Source: Octopus sinensis (Eukaryota). Taken from it: DNA of 64,000 nt. Position 1 is the stretch's first letter, and each line of letters starts with the position of its first letter. Under the pieces are notes generated by a model. That model worked only from the letters and a program-made list of their open reading frames with translations, did not search any database and was not told the origin of the DNA. A program made the position numbers and the translations under genes. Where the stretch lies: NCBI RefSeq assembly GCF_006345805.1, contig NC_043001.1, positions 42,718,001-42,782,000 of the forward strand, read 5' to 3'. Positions 23,935 to 37,499 of this stretch are shown piece after piece.

Positions 23935-24780
23935 GAGGGTGGCAAGCTGGCAGAATCATTAGCACACCAGATAAAATGCTCAGTGGTATTTTGTCTGTCT
24001 TTATGTTCTGAGTTCAAATTCTGCCAAGGTCATCTTTGCCTTTCACCCTTTCGGGGTCAATGAAATAAGTACCAGTTGCACACTGAGGCTGATGTAATCA
24101 ACTTACCCCCTCCCCTAAACTTGCTGGCCTTGTGCCAAAATTCGAAATCCTTATTATTATTGTGAAGGTGGTGAACTAGCAGAATCGTTAGCACACTGGA
24201 CAAAATGCTCAGCAGTGTTTCATTCATCTTTATGTTCTGAGTTAAAATTCTGTTGAGGTCAACTTTGCCTTTCATCTTATCAGAGTTGATAAAATAACTA
24301 TCACTTGAGCACTGGTGTTGATGTAATCAATGTGCCCCTTTCTGAACTTGATGGCCTTATGCCAAACGTTGCAACCATTATTATTATTAAAGTGGCAAGA
24401 TGGCAAACTCATTAGCATATTAGTGGTATTTCTTCTGGCTCAAATTGCACTGGGGTTGTCTTTGCCCTTCATCCTTTCAGGGTCAATAACTTAAGTACCT
24501 ATCAAGTACTGGTGTCTATGTACTAAACTTGTGCCAATATTAGAAATGGTTGTTATTATTATTATTAAGGCAGTAAGCTATCAGAATCCTTAGTGTGTCA
24601 GATAAAATGCTTAGCATCATTTCTTCACTCTATGTTCTGAGTTCAAATCCTGTTGAGGTCCATTTGGGGTTGATTAAATAAAGTACCAATCAAGTACAGG
24701 GGTCAATGTAATCAATTTGCTCCTCCCCTCAAAATTGTCAGCCTTGTACCTAAAATTAAGAAGTATAATTATTATTATTG
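23935..24780 (+). mobile_element. Tandem array of four SINE family A copies
   Basis: Units of about 210-230 bp, head to tail, each ending in (TAT)n. Confidence 0.85.
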
Positions 24781-25644
24781 AGTGAAAGAGAGCAGCACAT
24801 GTCATCAAAGTGATGCTAGAGTACAAATATATGAAGCCCAAAATACCTATCATGACTACCTGTCTGATAAGGGTACACCAGGTACATGCAACACAACCAT
24901 TTGCACATGACATGGTGACTTCATATCAAGATAAACATTGTATGACTTTGCAGGTGGGTCCCATTTGGAATTTTCTTTAGGTTGGGTAGCCCATCCCACT
25001 CAGAAAGTTCCTATGTTTCCTGATGTGAATTATTCAAATCCCAAAGAATCCCTCTTTAAACATGGCTATGATGCTCTCCCACTACACCTGCACAGGATCA
25101 GAGGTGCACATATCATCAACCACTAAGGGACATGCTTGACTGGTAACGGTCAAGCAATTGACAAGCAAATCTGGTATTAGCAGAATATTTGCTGTAGCCC
25201 ATCATTTACAACAAAGCAAAACGTACATGATAACTGTTGTAAAGTGGTCTTTTGCCGCTGTTGTATTTGTCTTTTGACGTTTGTCACTCTGACAGATATT
25301 GTTATCTTCCGAAGTCATTGATCGAATGTTTCTACCTAGCACTGTACAATCCCCAGTCATACCGTGTTATTATCCTCAACAAGTTGGATTGTTATAACAC
25401 CACACAGTATCACAGTATAATTACTATATCAACACAGATATGACTTATACTCTCAACCTTCTGACCTTCCTCTGTTGACCAGCTTCTGGTCTATTTATAA
25501 TGGCTGGCAACTACCACTTTTTACCGAGAGGGGTGTACAGTTTCACTATACAACAATAATACTTCCCATCAGTTAAGATTAGAAACCATGAGAGCCACGA
25601 CCTGCTATTGCATCAGGGTATTTATTATTATTATAATTATTATT

Positions 25645-26070
25645 TTTGAAGGTGGTAAGCTGGCAGAATCGTTAGCACACTGGGCAAAATTCTTAGCAAT
25701 ATTTCATCTGTCTTCATGTTCTGAGTTCAAATTCCACTGATGTTGACTTTGCCTTTCATCTTTTCAAGGTCAATAAATTAAGCACCAGTTGTGTACTGAG
25801 GTCAATGTAATTAATTTACCATCTCCTCACAAATTCCAGGCCTTGTGCCTATAGTAGAAAAGATTATTATTAGCAGCATTTTTCTTATCTTTACATTCTG
25901 AGTTCAAATGCTGCTGAGGTCGGCTTTGCCTTTCATCCTTTCAGAGTCAATAAAATAAGTACCAGTCAAGTACTGGGGTTGATTTAATCAGTTTGTCACC
26001 TTCCTCAGAATTTCAGGCTTGTGCCTTTATTAGAAAGGATTATTATTATTATTATTATTTAGTAGTAGTA
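25645..26070 (+). mobile_element. Two tandem SINE family A copies
   Basis: Same blocks as at 1627; (TAT)n and (TAG)n tails. Confidence 0.8.
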
Positions 26071-26852
26071 GTAGTTTTATCTGTTATTGCATTCTTTAAA
26101 ACAGGTAATTGTGCATCTCTCAGTAATGATTTTGTTAATCAACTTTGAGAGTTAACCAATCAATAGTTCATTTATCTTAGTCAAATGCATCAAACAGGGA
26201 GCATTTCTTAATCTTACACAAAGATATCCATTGATAGACAATTAGTGCTGGTATTAACTATCCCAAAAAATGTCTCCTCTTCAACAACCCAGGATAAGCT
26301 TTCAGCTGCACTTCAAGCCAACAAAATATCAATAATGCAGAGCCTTTTATGCTTGCAGCAGGGAACTGTGTCACTCTGAAATACTAATTCATTAGTGGGC
26401 TGAGCTGCTAGACTGACATAATGCCAGTTTGAGACATGAACTTCCAAACTTTCCTGCAGCTGTGGCTCTCAATTAACAGTTATAAATAATGAATGTAAAT
26501 TAGAGGCCACTTATTCTTTGAATGAAATGTTTAGATGTTTGAATTAAAACTTTAAAATTGTTTTATAAACTAACTGCTTAATATCATGATAATTTATTAA
26601 AATAGTTGAAATTTGAAGATTGGGTATTATTGATCTTTATATTTATTTAAAAATTTTTTTTTTATTTCATCTAGTTTCAGCTCACGAGTTGTGGCCATGC
26701 TGGGGCACTTCATTTTTTTTTTATGAATTGTTTCATAATTTTTTCTTCAGTTTTATGTATTATCTGATGACATACACATCACATGCATCTCCATTTTTCT
26801 ATATAAATAATACATGAAATAACAATGCAATTATATAATTGGTATTTTTATG

Positions 26853-27770
26853 TCATCATCATCATCATCGTTTAACGTTCGTTCTCCATGCTAGCATGGG
26901 TTGGACGGTTCGACCGGGGATCTGGGAAGCCAGAAGGCTGCACCAGGCTCCAGTGTTATCTGGCAATGTTTCTACAGCTGGATGCCCTTCCTAACGCCAA
27001 CCACTCCATGAGTGTAGTGGGTGCTTTTTACGTGCCACCTGCACAGGTGCCAGGCGAGGCTGGCAACGGCCACGGTCGGATTGGTGTATTTTACGTGCCA
27101 CTGGCACGGAAGCCAGTCGAGGCGGCGCTGGCATCGGCCACGAGTCGGATAGTGCTTTTTACGTACCACCAGACCAGGGATCCTGGCTGGTTCAATTCGA
27201 TTTCGATTTCATTTTCACTTGCCCCAACATGTCTTCGCAAGCAAAGGGGGTTGGCATGGGTGCCTGTCGTCGGATGAGGTTCTATATCGACTTCGCTTGC
27301 CTCAACAGGTCTTTGTGTCCAAGGGAGGAAAGGCATTCATAAGAGGGCTGGGCTCACTTGTCCTGCCTGGTCTTCTCACGTACAGCATATTTCCAAAAGT
27401 CTCGGTCGCTGGTCATTTCCTCAGTGAGGCCTAAAGTTCGAAGGTCGTGCTTCACCACCTCGTCCCAGGTTTTCCTGGGTCTACCTCTTCCACGGGTTCC
27501 CTCAACTGCTAGGTATTGGCACTTTCTCACACACCTATCTACATCCATTCTCACCACATGACCATACCAGCACAATCGTCTCTCTTGCACACCACAACTG
27601 ATGCTTCTTAGGTACAACATTTCTCTCAAGGTACTAACGCTCTGTCGAGTATGTACACTGACATTACACATCCATCGGAGCATACTGGCTTCATTCCTCA
27701 CGAGCTTACGCATGTCCTCAGCAGTCACGGCCCATGTTTCACTGCCATGTAGCATGGCTGTTCGTATTCT
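26853..27770 (-). mobile_element. 5'-truncated RTE LINE (subfamily A): ORF C-terminus + 3' UTR
   Basis: MLHGSETW...RGRGRPRKTW...KTRQDK; closely matches 44753-45730. Confidence 0.92.
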
Positions 27771-27788
27771 AAATGCATTGCCACCATA

Positions 27789-29399
27789 CAGCAGCGTTCA
27801 TAATATAAGGGTCAGTAAGAACAAGTGTATTGAAATATTTATTATAGAAGATCCACAAAACAGTAAGACTAGATATTTTACACATATTTAGATATATTTA
27901 ATATCTCTTTTGTGAAAGTTTCAAGTGAATGGTATAGATATTTCGTAAGTTATGAGGAAATAAACAAATGATCTTCGAAACTACAACGGCCAAAAGTTAA
28001 GTGTCACTTAGAAAAACAATGAAAAATGGAACAAGAACTAAAAAGAAATCCTTACTATTAATATTTTGTGAATATCCTTTTACTATCAATAACATCCTGG
28101 TATCTGTTACCACAGGACTGAATTTCTTGCAAAATAGAGTAATATTGTTCCATTCATTTTTCAATAATTCCCAGAGTTCGTCTTACTCCTTTGGATTTCT
28201 CCTTCGTTCCCCATCTCCAATAATCTTCCAAACGTTTTTTATAGCATTGAGATCAGTAGTTTGAGGTGGCCAGCCCATGAGATCAGACCCTTCATCACTC
28301 AAAAAGTCTCTGACTCTCTTTGCAGTATGACAGGCAGCATTGAAGATAAGAGGTTGAACTGACAAGAATTGGAGATGTGGAAGGACATGCTGTCTAAGAA
28401 TCTGCTTGTAGATTTCAGCATTGACAGTCCCTTATAGGCGAATAAGTAGACCAGGACCAACAGCAGAGATCACTCCCCATACCATTACTCTGCCTCCTCC
28501 ATATTTCACTGTCTCCTTCACACATGCATGAAATAACCTTTTGCCACTTCTTTGTCAGATGTACATCCCGCCATCGGAACCAATCACATTAAACTTCAGT
28601 TCATTGCTAAAATGAACCTGCGACCACTGTTCTTCTGTCCAAATGACATGTTTGTGAGCGAAATGAAGAGGGGTTCTTTGATTCTTCTTGGAGATCAGAG
28701 GTTTCTTTGCCAGTGCCCAAGCAAGCAACCCAGAACCTTGTAACCTCTGAGAAACTGTTTTGTGTGATATGTTGACATCAGAAGTGGAGCTAAAGTTGCG
28801 GGACATTTCAGCAGCACTCTTATACCTGTCCTTCAGTGACATTCTAACCATAATACAATCCTGTCTTGGTGAAGTTTTATAAGGTCTACTAGTTTTAGGT
28901 TTAGCATCTGTTGATCCTGATGACTTAAAATGAGCTACAAGTTGTTGCACAACACATCTAGACCTTCATACAGTAATTGCTATCACAGAATTTGACTTGC
29001 CCTCTTGGTGGACGCACACAATCCTTTGTTTTTCATCACAGGACACTGGTCGTCTTTCACAAGCCGCCACGTTGACAGTTAAATGTTCCAATAATGTAAG
29101 ATCATAAGAAGTAACTGTTAGCCCATTAACAATCTTCTAAACAACAAATACATCGGTTAGTAATTCATTTTTTCTAAGTGACCCTTAACTTTTGGCTGCT
29201 GCCATTTGGAAGATTGTTTGTTTATTTTTTTCATATATTATGAAATATTTATTCCATTCACTTGAAATTTTCCCGAAAGATAGATTTTAGATGTATCTAA
29301 ATATGTGTAAAATATCTAGTCTCAACATGTTGTTAATCTTCTATAATAACTATTTCAATACACTTGTTCTTACTGACCTTTATATTATGGTCACTGCTG
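27789..29399 (-). mobile_element. Full-length but dead Tc1 element, 1611 bp, TIRs of about 235 bp
   Basis: TA before CAGCAGCG; the right end ...CACTGCTG is followed by CA (decayed TA); KKPLISKKN...W.EEQWS.VHFSNE and WPPQTTDLNAI transposase motifs with frameshifts. Confidence 0.9.
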
Positions 29400-29499
29400 C
29401 ATTTCTCCTGTCTCATTCTTTTTTTGAAAGAATCACCTTTATCTTTGTAATGTACTAAAGTTTCATATGGAAATGAATTTGCCCTTTCCAAATATCTAG

Positions 29500-29600
29500 G
29501 TGCTGTTGATGAATATGGTTATATGCCCTATTATGCTGAAAATTGTGCTGCCATGCTAGCTGTGACCTTTAGCAGTGGTGGAAATAATGCCCGTTCTATT
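29500..29600 (+). CDS. PCSK7: PCSK7-like exon AVDEYGYMPYYAENCAAMLAVTFSSGGNNARSI
   Basis: CTAG acceptor, GTAAGT donor, 101 nt, phase 1 to 0. Confidence 0.95.
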
Positions 29601-29769
29601 GTAAGTACTTCCTGTAGCAAACATTTCTTCACTAACAAGCTAAAATAACTAGCTTAGTAGTATTTTTTTGTGATAATTTTAATAATCCTCAATGAATTGC
29701 ACAACCCTAATATTGGGAAATGTTTCTTAAATGTTTTTGAATTGATTTCTTTCTATTTTTCCCTCAAAT

Positions 29770-29808
<39 letters not shown>

Positions 29809-30233
29809 CTTTGGGTGTTTGTGTGATATCTAAAGTAGTTAATAAATTACTTTATTTATAACAATTTTCCCTTTACCAATTTTCTAAACACTTATTTATT
29901 TATTTTTGTTTTATACAGCTCCTAATTAAGCATTCATTATTGCTTAATATCTTTGGTCAGTTTTACTTAAATGTAACACTAAGGTATCAATGGCATGGAA
30001 TGATTTCATCAGCATTCCAACTGGGCAGGTGAATGTTTCACAACTAGCATTTGAGTAAATGAGAACTGAATTAAGATATGAACATTTTGTGGAAAGATTA
30101 TTTGGTAACCTTCAGTATAATGTTTATGAAGTAAATCTATTAGAGATTTCAATTAATAAACAATTTATACTGATTTAATATATGAACTTCATTTTGATAC
30201 TTGAAAAAAATACTTGATATTCATTTATGTCAG

Positions 30234-30401
30234 GTGACCACTGACTGGTCGAAAAACACAGGGAATGGCTGCACATCTGATCATACAGGAACAAGTGCTG
30301 CAGCACCAATTGCAGCTGGATTGATCGCGTTATTATTGGAAGTGCAGCCCTGCCTTACATGGAGAGATGTTCAGCACTTGATTATATTATCAGCAGTTTC
30401 A
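30234..30401 (+). CDS. PCSK7: PCSK7-like exon [56 protein letters not shown] (catalytic Ser)
   Basis: GTCAG acceptor, GTTAGT donor, 168 nt, phase 0 to 0. Confidence 0.94.
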
Positions 30402-30980
30402 GTTAGTATGATGTTTGCTTACAAATAAGGTTGGGTATATATTTTTTTAATGTGAGCCTAATAATACATAAATAATACAAACCACTACATTGTGATTCCA
30501 TATATCTAAACAATAAGTTAAATTTTATAATTTTGAAGCTTAACTAAGGAAAACATCCAATCTGACAATGACTTGAAACTCACATAAAATACCTAAATTT
30601 ATAAACTAATAACAGTCTTGCAGATGGAAAAAATAAATAAAAATATTTGATTTGTTTACTTTTATCTTTTTTAATTTGAATCAAAGTAAGCATTTGATAT
30701 ATTTATATTGTTCATTAAATATTTTAGATTTTAAATTTTAATTGATCTGGCAACATTTTTACTAGTATTGTCTCTTGAATTATTATTGATCTCTTTGTTC
30801 GAATATATTTAGTGATTAGTTATAAAAATAACTAACTTAAAATAATTCCTTGAATCTAGCTGATTTGTTCAGTTTATATCCCTTCCAACTTCCTGTAGGA
30901 CTAATAAAAAAAAAAACCAGCTCCAATTCTCTTCACATAACTACAATGATAATATGTGAATGAATTTCTTAATATTTCAG

Positions 30981-31085
30981 GTTGATGCTGATGCCAAATG
31001 GATAACGAATGCAGCTGGCTTGAGACATAGCCATAGACATGGATTTGGTTTGATGAAAGCATGGCATCTGGTCAATGCAGCCAAG
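30981..31085 (+). CDS. PCSK7: PCSK7-like exon VDADAKWITNAAGLRHSHRHGFGLMKAWHLVNAAK
   Basis: TTTCAG acceptor, GTATGT donor, 105 nt, phase 0 to 0; W..N.AG..HSH.HGFG motif. Confidence 0.95.
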
Positions 31086-31507
31086 GTATGTCAACATGTT
31101 AATCATCTTAATAAGCTTATTTTATAATAGCATCATATTCTTATTAAGTATTTTTTTTAAATGTTTATGCTCTTCTTTTTCTTTCTTTCAATTTAGTTAC
31201 TGAATCAGTTTCTGTTTTTTAATTCTTGTTTGAATTTAATGTAAGAATAAAACAAAAATGGATTTTGAAAAACAAATACTTTGTTAATACTCAAACTAGT
31301 TTATACCCAAAGCCTGTCTTTGGTTCAAATCTTTAGTTATGGGTTCTTTCCAAACTAAGAAGACTGAAAAGATTAAAAGATCAATATGATAATATTATAT
31401 AGAAACTTAGGAACACATTTAATGGTATTCAGCTGATAGTTTTTATATATATTTTATATATTGGTTTCAATTGACAATAATGTTATTTTTCATGATGAGC
31501 ATTATAG

Positions 31508-31607
31508 GTTTGGAAGATTGTTCCATGGCTTACTGAGTATGAAACTGAAATTATAACACTTAACAAACCAATACCTAAAGACGACTGGTCTGTGTCAGCT
31601 TATGAAG
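31508..31607 (+). CDS. PCSK7: PCSK7-like exon VWKIVPWLTEYETEIITLNKPIPKDDWSVSAYE
   Basis: TATAG acceptor, weak GTTTGA donor, 100 nt, phase 0 to 1; phases fit both neighbours. Confidence 0.85.
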
Positions 31608-33524
31608 GTTTGAAAATTATTTTTATTTAACTGATAATTTGTTTTTTAATATAACTTTCTGATGATCATGTTTATGGAGGATTGGTAAACCAGCTGAGAG
31701 AGTGGTCATTTATGCCTGGTATTGGTGCTGTAATGTGTCGGTGGTCATGTCAATTAATTTTTAATAGTTGAGTCCACCTAGCTCTAAGACATTATTGAAC
31801 ACTCAAGTCAGTTTGATTGAGCAAATCTTTGATCAAAGACATTCTAGCCATGAACATTTCCACTTTCCCCTGGCTGTGTACTTGCATTGCCATATTATCC
31901 TCTGTGTTGTCATTATTATGACAGTAAGGAGATTTAGTTGCTATTTCCAGAAATTAGAATAACCATGTAGCAGATCTCTCTTGAGTTCATGTGGCTCTAA
32001 AGTATTGTGGATGATATGGTTCATTATTATAAGCAATGGCAACTCAGAAATTTGCTGCTTTGGAGTAAGTACTAAGTTCAGTTTCTTTATGAAGAAATGT
32101 TATCTGCAATAACCCAGCATCCTATCCAGGAAAATTTTATTTTCTTATTCACTTAATGCTACAGAAACTTGAATTATGGATATTTGTGGTATGAAGCTTT
32201 TTCTGTTATAAATAACTTTTTTATAAATTCATTAAATTTGTTTGTCTTTCGTTCATAGAATACTTTTTTGTTAAAGATCATTTGTGATCCAATAATGTCA
32301 CTGAGATCTCCTGAAACAGTTTAATTTTTAAAGATTAAAGATTTGATTGACTTATAGTATTAACGTATTTCATTTTAATATTATTTTCAAAAGTGAACTA
32401 ATGCAGAAATTAAACTTTAGCATCTAATTGAAGTTGAAGAAACTTCTTTACATATTACATGGATTATACTGAGGGGCAAGTTGATATTAAAATTTATTTA
32501 GTATTGAATTTTAGACAAAGAAGACTTTTCTAATGTAAATTGTGCTTTTTCTTTATTAAATTCTGTAAATGACATTGTAGGATAGTTGTAAGAGGTCAGA
32601 TTTGAACATAAAACAGATAGGATATTTGGGCCAGATGTGGCTAGTTTAACTACTAAAGCATTAATATATTGATTATCGGTTTTGTTTTTGGTAATTATCT
32701 CAAATTATGAACAAGGAAATAATTTAGAGTAGGTACAATCAGCGTATTGTAAGAAGCAAGTAAAAGGGTTGGTGACAGGAAGGACATTCAACCTAAAACA
32801 CTACCTCAAAAATCATGGAATCATGATGAGTAAACTGTCATAAAGCCTACATGATTAACCCTAACTTTAGCAGGGAAAATGACCCTAAAACCCTTTTATG
32901 TATCAAATCTTTTTATTCTATCCAAACGTTCTAATAACAATGAAAAGATTTAAAGGTGATTTTATACCCAAAAGCTTATACCCAACCCATTTGATACCAA
33001 TCATTCCTAGACAACCTCTGGTTTTATAATACAAAACTCCCTGTTTTAAAGTTCATGTTTTTATTAAAATCTTCTGTCATGATCTTAATGAAGAATGTTT
33101 GTTATATTCTATACCCCAGCTTGATGAAAAACAGTGTTTAACTAAATCCATATTCTTGATTATTTTCAAACCTAATCAAAAACATTGGCAATGTATTTCA
33201 TTAGAAACAAGGTCACAAAATCAGAAAGGAAATGTTTCTCAGTAATTGTAATTCTTTCCATTCCAAAATTTTAAAAATAACTCTAATGAGAGTTTAAATA
33301 AATGAGATGGGCGGCAGGAAGTTTAGATTAAATAACATTACTTTTTTTATATGCTCCTCAGCTTAATTTTAAATTCTGTTGCTTTCACAGCTGCATTCTC
33401 TTTTAATAAATTTTTACAATGATAGTTTGGGTTTTCTGGACATTACAAGTGTAGCTGATAATTTCAGAAGTTTGAAAAAAATCATATGAATTATATTTAC
33501 TTATTTGAAAATTATATTTTTCAG

Positions 33525-33681
33525 TAACTAAGAAAGACCTACAAGGGTATGTGCTGAATGTTCTTGAACATGTATTAGTCACAGTTAATATAACTCACCA
33601 TTTTCGTGGTCAGTTAGATATCCAACTACTGTGTCCAAGTGGTACTCATTCAATGATTGCTCCACCTAGAGCAAGTGACAA
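33525..33681 (+). CDS. PCSK7: PCSK7-like P-domain exon TKKDLQGYVLNVLEHVLVTVNITHHFRGQLDIQLLCPSGTHSMIAPPRASD
   Basis: TTTTCAG acceptor, GTAATT donor, 157 nt, phase 1 to 2; LEHV.V.V.I.H..RG.L...L..PSGT.S motif. Confidence 0.93.
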
Positions 33682-34713
33682 GTAATTATCAGTTCAGTTT
33701 TTATATTATTAGTTTTCAATTGAAAATGTCTTCTTCATTCTACATTTAAAAGATTCATATTTTTAAAAAATAAGTTGGTCAAAGGAAAGAGGAACTGAGA
33801 TCAGTATTAGTGATGTTCAGTTTAAATATGTGTAGGTCAACATTTGTAAAGAAAATGTGGATAAGTGAAGAATTCAGTTGTTTGGAAGAGAAAGGATTTT
33901 ATCAGAGTTTAGTGCAGAATCTAGCAAGTAAGACACAATACAAGTAACTAGCTATATAAGCTAAACCAAATGCTGTGAGTTCAAGCTTTATGAAAGCCAT
34001 TTTCTGGGTGTTGCTATGCTTTTCTCAATCTGATTTTTGATGTTCAGGTGGTCAGCACTTCTTCCAATTGTAAATATAACTATTTCAATGGTATGTTAAT
34101 ATCCAAATTGGTAAATTCATTTCACCTGTGCTTGTATTGTGAAATGAATGTAAAAGAAATTTGTTTACCTTCATGAAAGTTAGAGCATGGGATAGTTACT
34201 GAGCATTAAAGGTATCACTTCATGTATGCAAGATGGATGGTTGTGGTGGTATGAACATGTGATATACATGCTAAGTGAGAAAGAGGAAGAGATTTGTGGC
34301 AATGGTAGTCTGAAGACATGGAAAGAAATGACTAGGTCAGATTTCAGAACAAGATGACAAAAATTATTTTTGTTATTTAGCACAAAGCCAGCTCTGACTG
34401 AGCAGACCAATATTTAAAGACATTCCAACTGTGACCATTCCATCTTTTACTCAAGGAAATTTTATTTAGGAATACAATTCTCAATATGTCTTACCTTTTA
34501 TAAGATGGAAGGTGTAATATGAAGGATATTTGGTTACTATTTATAGCAAGCAGAGGCTCTCTGTTGACAAACTAGACACACTATAGAAAAGATCTGTTCA
34601 AATCATACTAAATTGGAAATTATGATGTTGATGATTACTGTGAATATGATTAAATATGAAAACAGTATCATAAAAATTTGTATATTAAAATGTTTATTTG
34701 CTTTTCAAAATAG

Positions 34714-34808
34714 GTCTGACAGAGGTTTAAAAGGCTGGTGGTTTAGTACTGTTAGATGCTGGGGTGAATCTCCAATTGGAACTTGGAAGCTTCTTATAAA
34801 AGATATCA
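34714..34808 (+). CDS. PCSK7: PCSK7-like P-domain exon SDRGLKGWWFSTVRCWGESPIGTWKLLIKDI
   Basis: AATAG acceptor, GTAAGA donor, 95 nt, phase 2 to 1; FSTVRCWGE motif as in PC7. Confidence 0.94.
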
Positions 34809-34944
34809 GTAAGAAAACATTTTTTTATTTATACTTTAATAAATTTTGTTGAATATTTAACTGTAGAAAATTTCCTATATCTCTGTTTCGTTTTGTAGCA
34901 AATTGCATGAAAGTTTGATGTCTCAGCTTTGAAATAGTAGCATG

Positions 34945-35088
34945 ACTGTGTGGTTAAGAAGCTGACTTCGCAACTACATGGTTTCAGGTACAGTCTCACT
35001 GCCCAGATCTATGGACAAATGTCTTCTAATATGGCCCTGAGACAAACAATGGCTTGTCATGGAAACTGTGTGCAAGTATGTTGTCTTT

Positions 35089-35120
<32 letters not shown>
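34945..35120 (+). mobile_element. SINE family B, 5' part
   Basis: TGTGTGGTTAAGAAGCT...GGTTTCAG.TACAGTCTCACTG; degenerate match to 50795-51148. Confidence 0.6.
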
Positions 35121-35124
<4 letters not shown>

Positions 35125-36354
35125 CAATCAATTTGTTGAAAAGGAAAACAAACACCAAGCTGAGACATCGCAAGTCGTATATGTTATTAAAAATAATTCA
35201 GCAATTTTTAAAGTATTACTGCTGTTTCTGGGATATCCCAGTAATGGTCAGCAACTGGTGTTTGTAAAATTTCATTGGACTAAAGGTAGGTGACATTGGC
35301 AACTGGTGTTTGTATGGTGATTGGAGTTGCAGTTTTGGAACCCGGGTGGAGGGTTGTTACTGAAGTTTCTGTAGTGATCATCAGTGTATTTTGTCGATTT
35401 AAATAAGAGTTTTGACTGTTATTTCCAGCAGGTAGACATACTTAATATGTCCTTTGATTAATTTTAATCCCTCAGCTATTTAATGCTTCTTCTGGCCCTG
35501 CAGTCGCCTATATTATTCATTTTGTTATTTTTTATTTTAAAAAGTTACACTGGATAATAAGAAAATTAATGATATCTTAGCATTGATTCACATACCCTTG
35601 ATAGCATTTAACTAACAGCTGTACACCACTACATAGCTAAACGTGTGCTCTTTCATGTATGTATATTACATATTGTAGTAGTGGGATAAAGTATGAAGTC
35701 ACTAAGGATATGTTCTCTCAGATTTTGATTGCGATTTCAGTTTGTTTGCTCTAATTGTTCACTCTCAAGCATCTCAACTCAGTAGATTACAACCTGAGAC
35801 AAAATATACTGACATAATGGATGTTCTGAACATTGCACTTGATGCATTGTTGTAATTGTTCTGCCATTTTGCCTTCTGAGTTAAAATCCTGCTATGGCCT
35901 ACTTGTGTGGGAAACTTAACCCATTGCTCAATTTAACACTATCACTTGGCATGTTAAGGACCTTAAGCAGAGTCCACTTTTTTGCAAACATTTGAGCCAA
36001 GCTTGGGAGTTGAGAATACCACCCTCTTTCCCTCTCACCTGTCTCAGAGGCCCTGTAATAGATCATAGGCTCTGTCTTACTTCCTGACTAAAAATAACAA
36101 CAACAAAAACTATACTAATCTAGTTTTATGCAATAATTTAATGACATTATTAAGAGGATTAGCAAATACTAGATGTAATTAGTTCTAGCTGAAACAAAGA
36201 AAATGAATGATGATAGACCATAGCATAAAAATAAGTAACTTATTAATAGATTAAGAAAAATCAACAAGTCTAATTATCTGTGTATGAGGTTGATTTTGTA
36301 CTCTCTGAAATTTACCATCACATGAATTTAGACATCACAATTCCTAATATTTGG

Positions 36355-37020
36355 AATTGGCAGAATTGTTACTGCGCTGGGCAAAATGCTTAGCGCCATT
36401 TCATCTCTCTTTACTTTCTGATTTCAAATTCTGCTAAGATCATCTTTACCTTTCATCCTCTTAGGGTCAATGAAATAAGTACCAGACAAGTACTGGGGTT
36501 GGTGTAATTAACATACCCCCTTCCCCCAAAATGGGCACCCTTGTGCTAATGTTTGAAACCAGTATTTGGTTGTCATTAAAATCCAAGTAACTTCTTTCAC
36601 TAAGTTTAGCATTAGTACATTTTTAAAACATGACTGAGTTTTCTTTTTCATTTATTTGCTACCTGCAGATACATCTGACAAACGATTTGGCATAATTAAC
36701 TACTGGAAGCTCAAGTTGTATGGTTCTCCAATGATGCCAGAGGAATTTCAAGATCGTCGAAAGTAAGTTTTTGTAGAGATTTGTTTGCATATGTCAGAAT
36801 ACGGTTTATTTTAATTTAATGAAAACATTTGAAAAATACCTTGTGGTATTTGTTCCAGTTGTGTACATTCTAAGTTCAACTCCTCCTGAGGTCAACTTTG
36901 ATTTTCCTCTTTTTTGGGAGTTAGTAATTTAAAGCACCAGTCAAGTGGGGACAATATAATCAACTAAGCCCTACTCTCAAAATTGTTGGTCTTGTACCTA
37001 ATTTAAAAACAGTTATTTGA
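36355..37020 (+). mobile_element. Two SINE family A copies (36355-36565 and 36845-37020) flanking the 36669-36762 exon
   Basis: TGGCAGAATTG, TTCAAATTCTGC, CCTTTCATCC and AAGTACCAG blocks. Confidence 0.7.
36669..36762 (+). CDS. PCSK7: PCSK7-like exon TSDKRFGIINYWKLKLYGSPMMPEEFQDRR
   Basis: CTGCAG acceptor, GTAAGT donor, 94 nt, phase 1 to 2; W.L.LYGS end of P domain. Confidence 0.92.
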
Positions 37021-37499
37021 AATATTTTTGTTTTCTTATAAGTTCATATAAGAGTATCAGGGATTGGATTTTGCTCTGAGTAACTTAACCAATTTACTTT
37101 GCAGCTTAAAACCAACCTAGCTTTGTAACATTTACATTCTGTTAATTAGTATCACATTTTTACATCATTCAAATGCTTTTATCATACTGTTGAAAACTAA
37201 CTATAATTGTTATTTCTGATTAGACATAGCAAATAATTTTAATTCTTTTTCTTTTGTTGGTTTAATCTGTAGAAAGGGGCTATGCCTGTAACTGTCATAT
37301 GCTCTTTGATGTGGTTAATGTTCTTCTTAAACAATTTCAAGTTGACATGCTGAAAAATTATGGTCCAGGAATGAATTAGCATGGCCAGGAGTAAATTAGG
37401 ATTAATGAAGAGCAACTACTTGTTTTCCAGATTATCAAAATTTCAGTAGATTACTTCATGTGTCTCTTAGTGTTCAATATCATCAGGCAACTGTTTCTC

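Noticed and set aside
23935-24780. Regularly spaced repeats resembling a CRISPR array
   Set aside because: Eukaryotic context; the units are diverged 210-230-bp SINEs without unique spacers.
25327-25615. Possible solo LTR on the minus strand with a TATA box
   Set aside because: Flanks do not form a TSD and no PBS follows; unsupported without a database search.
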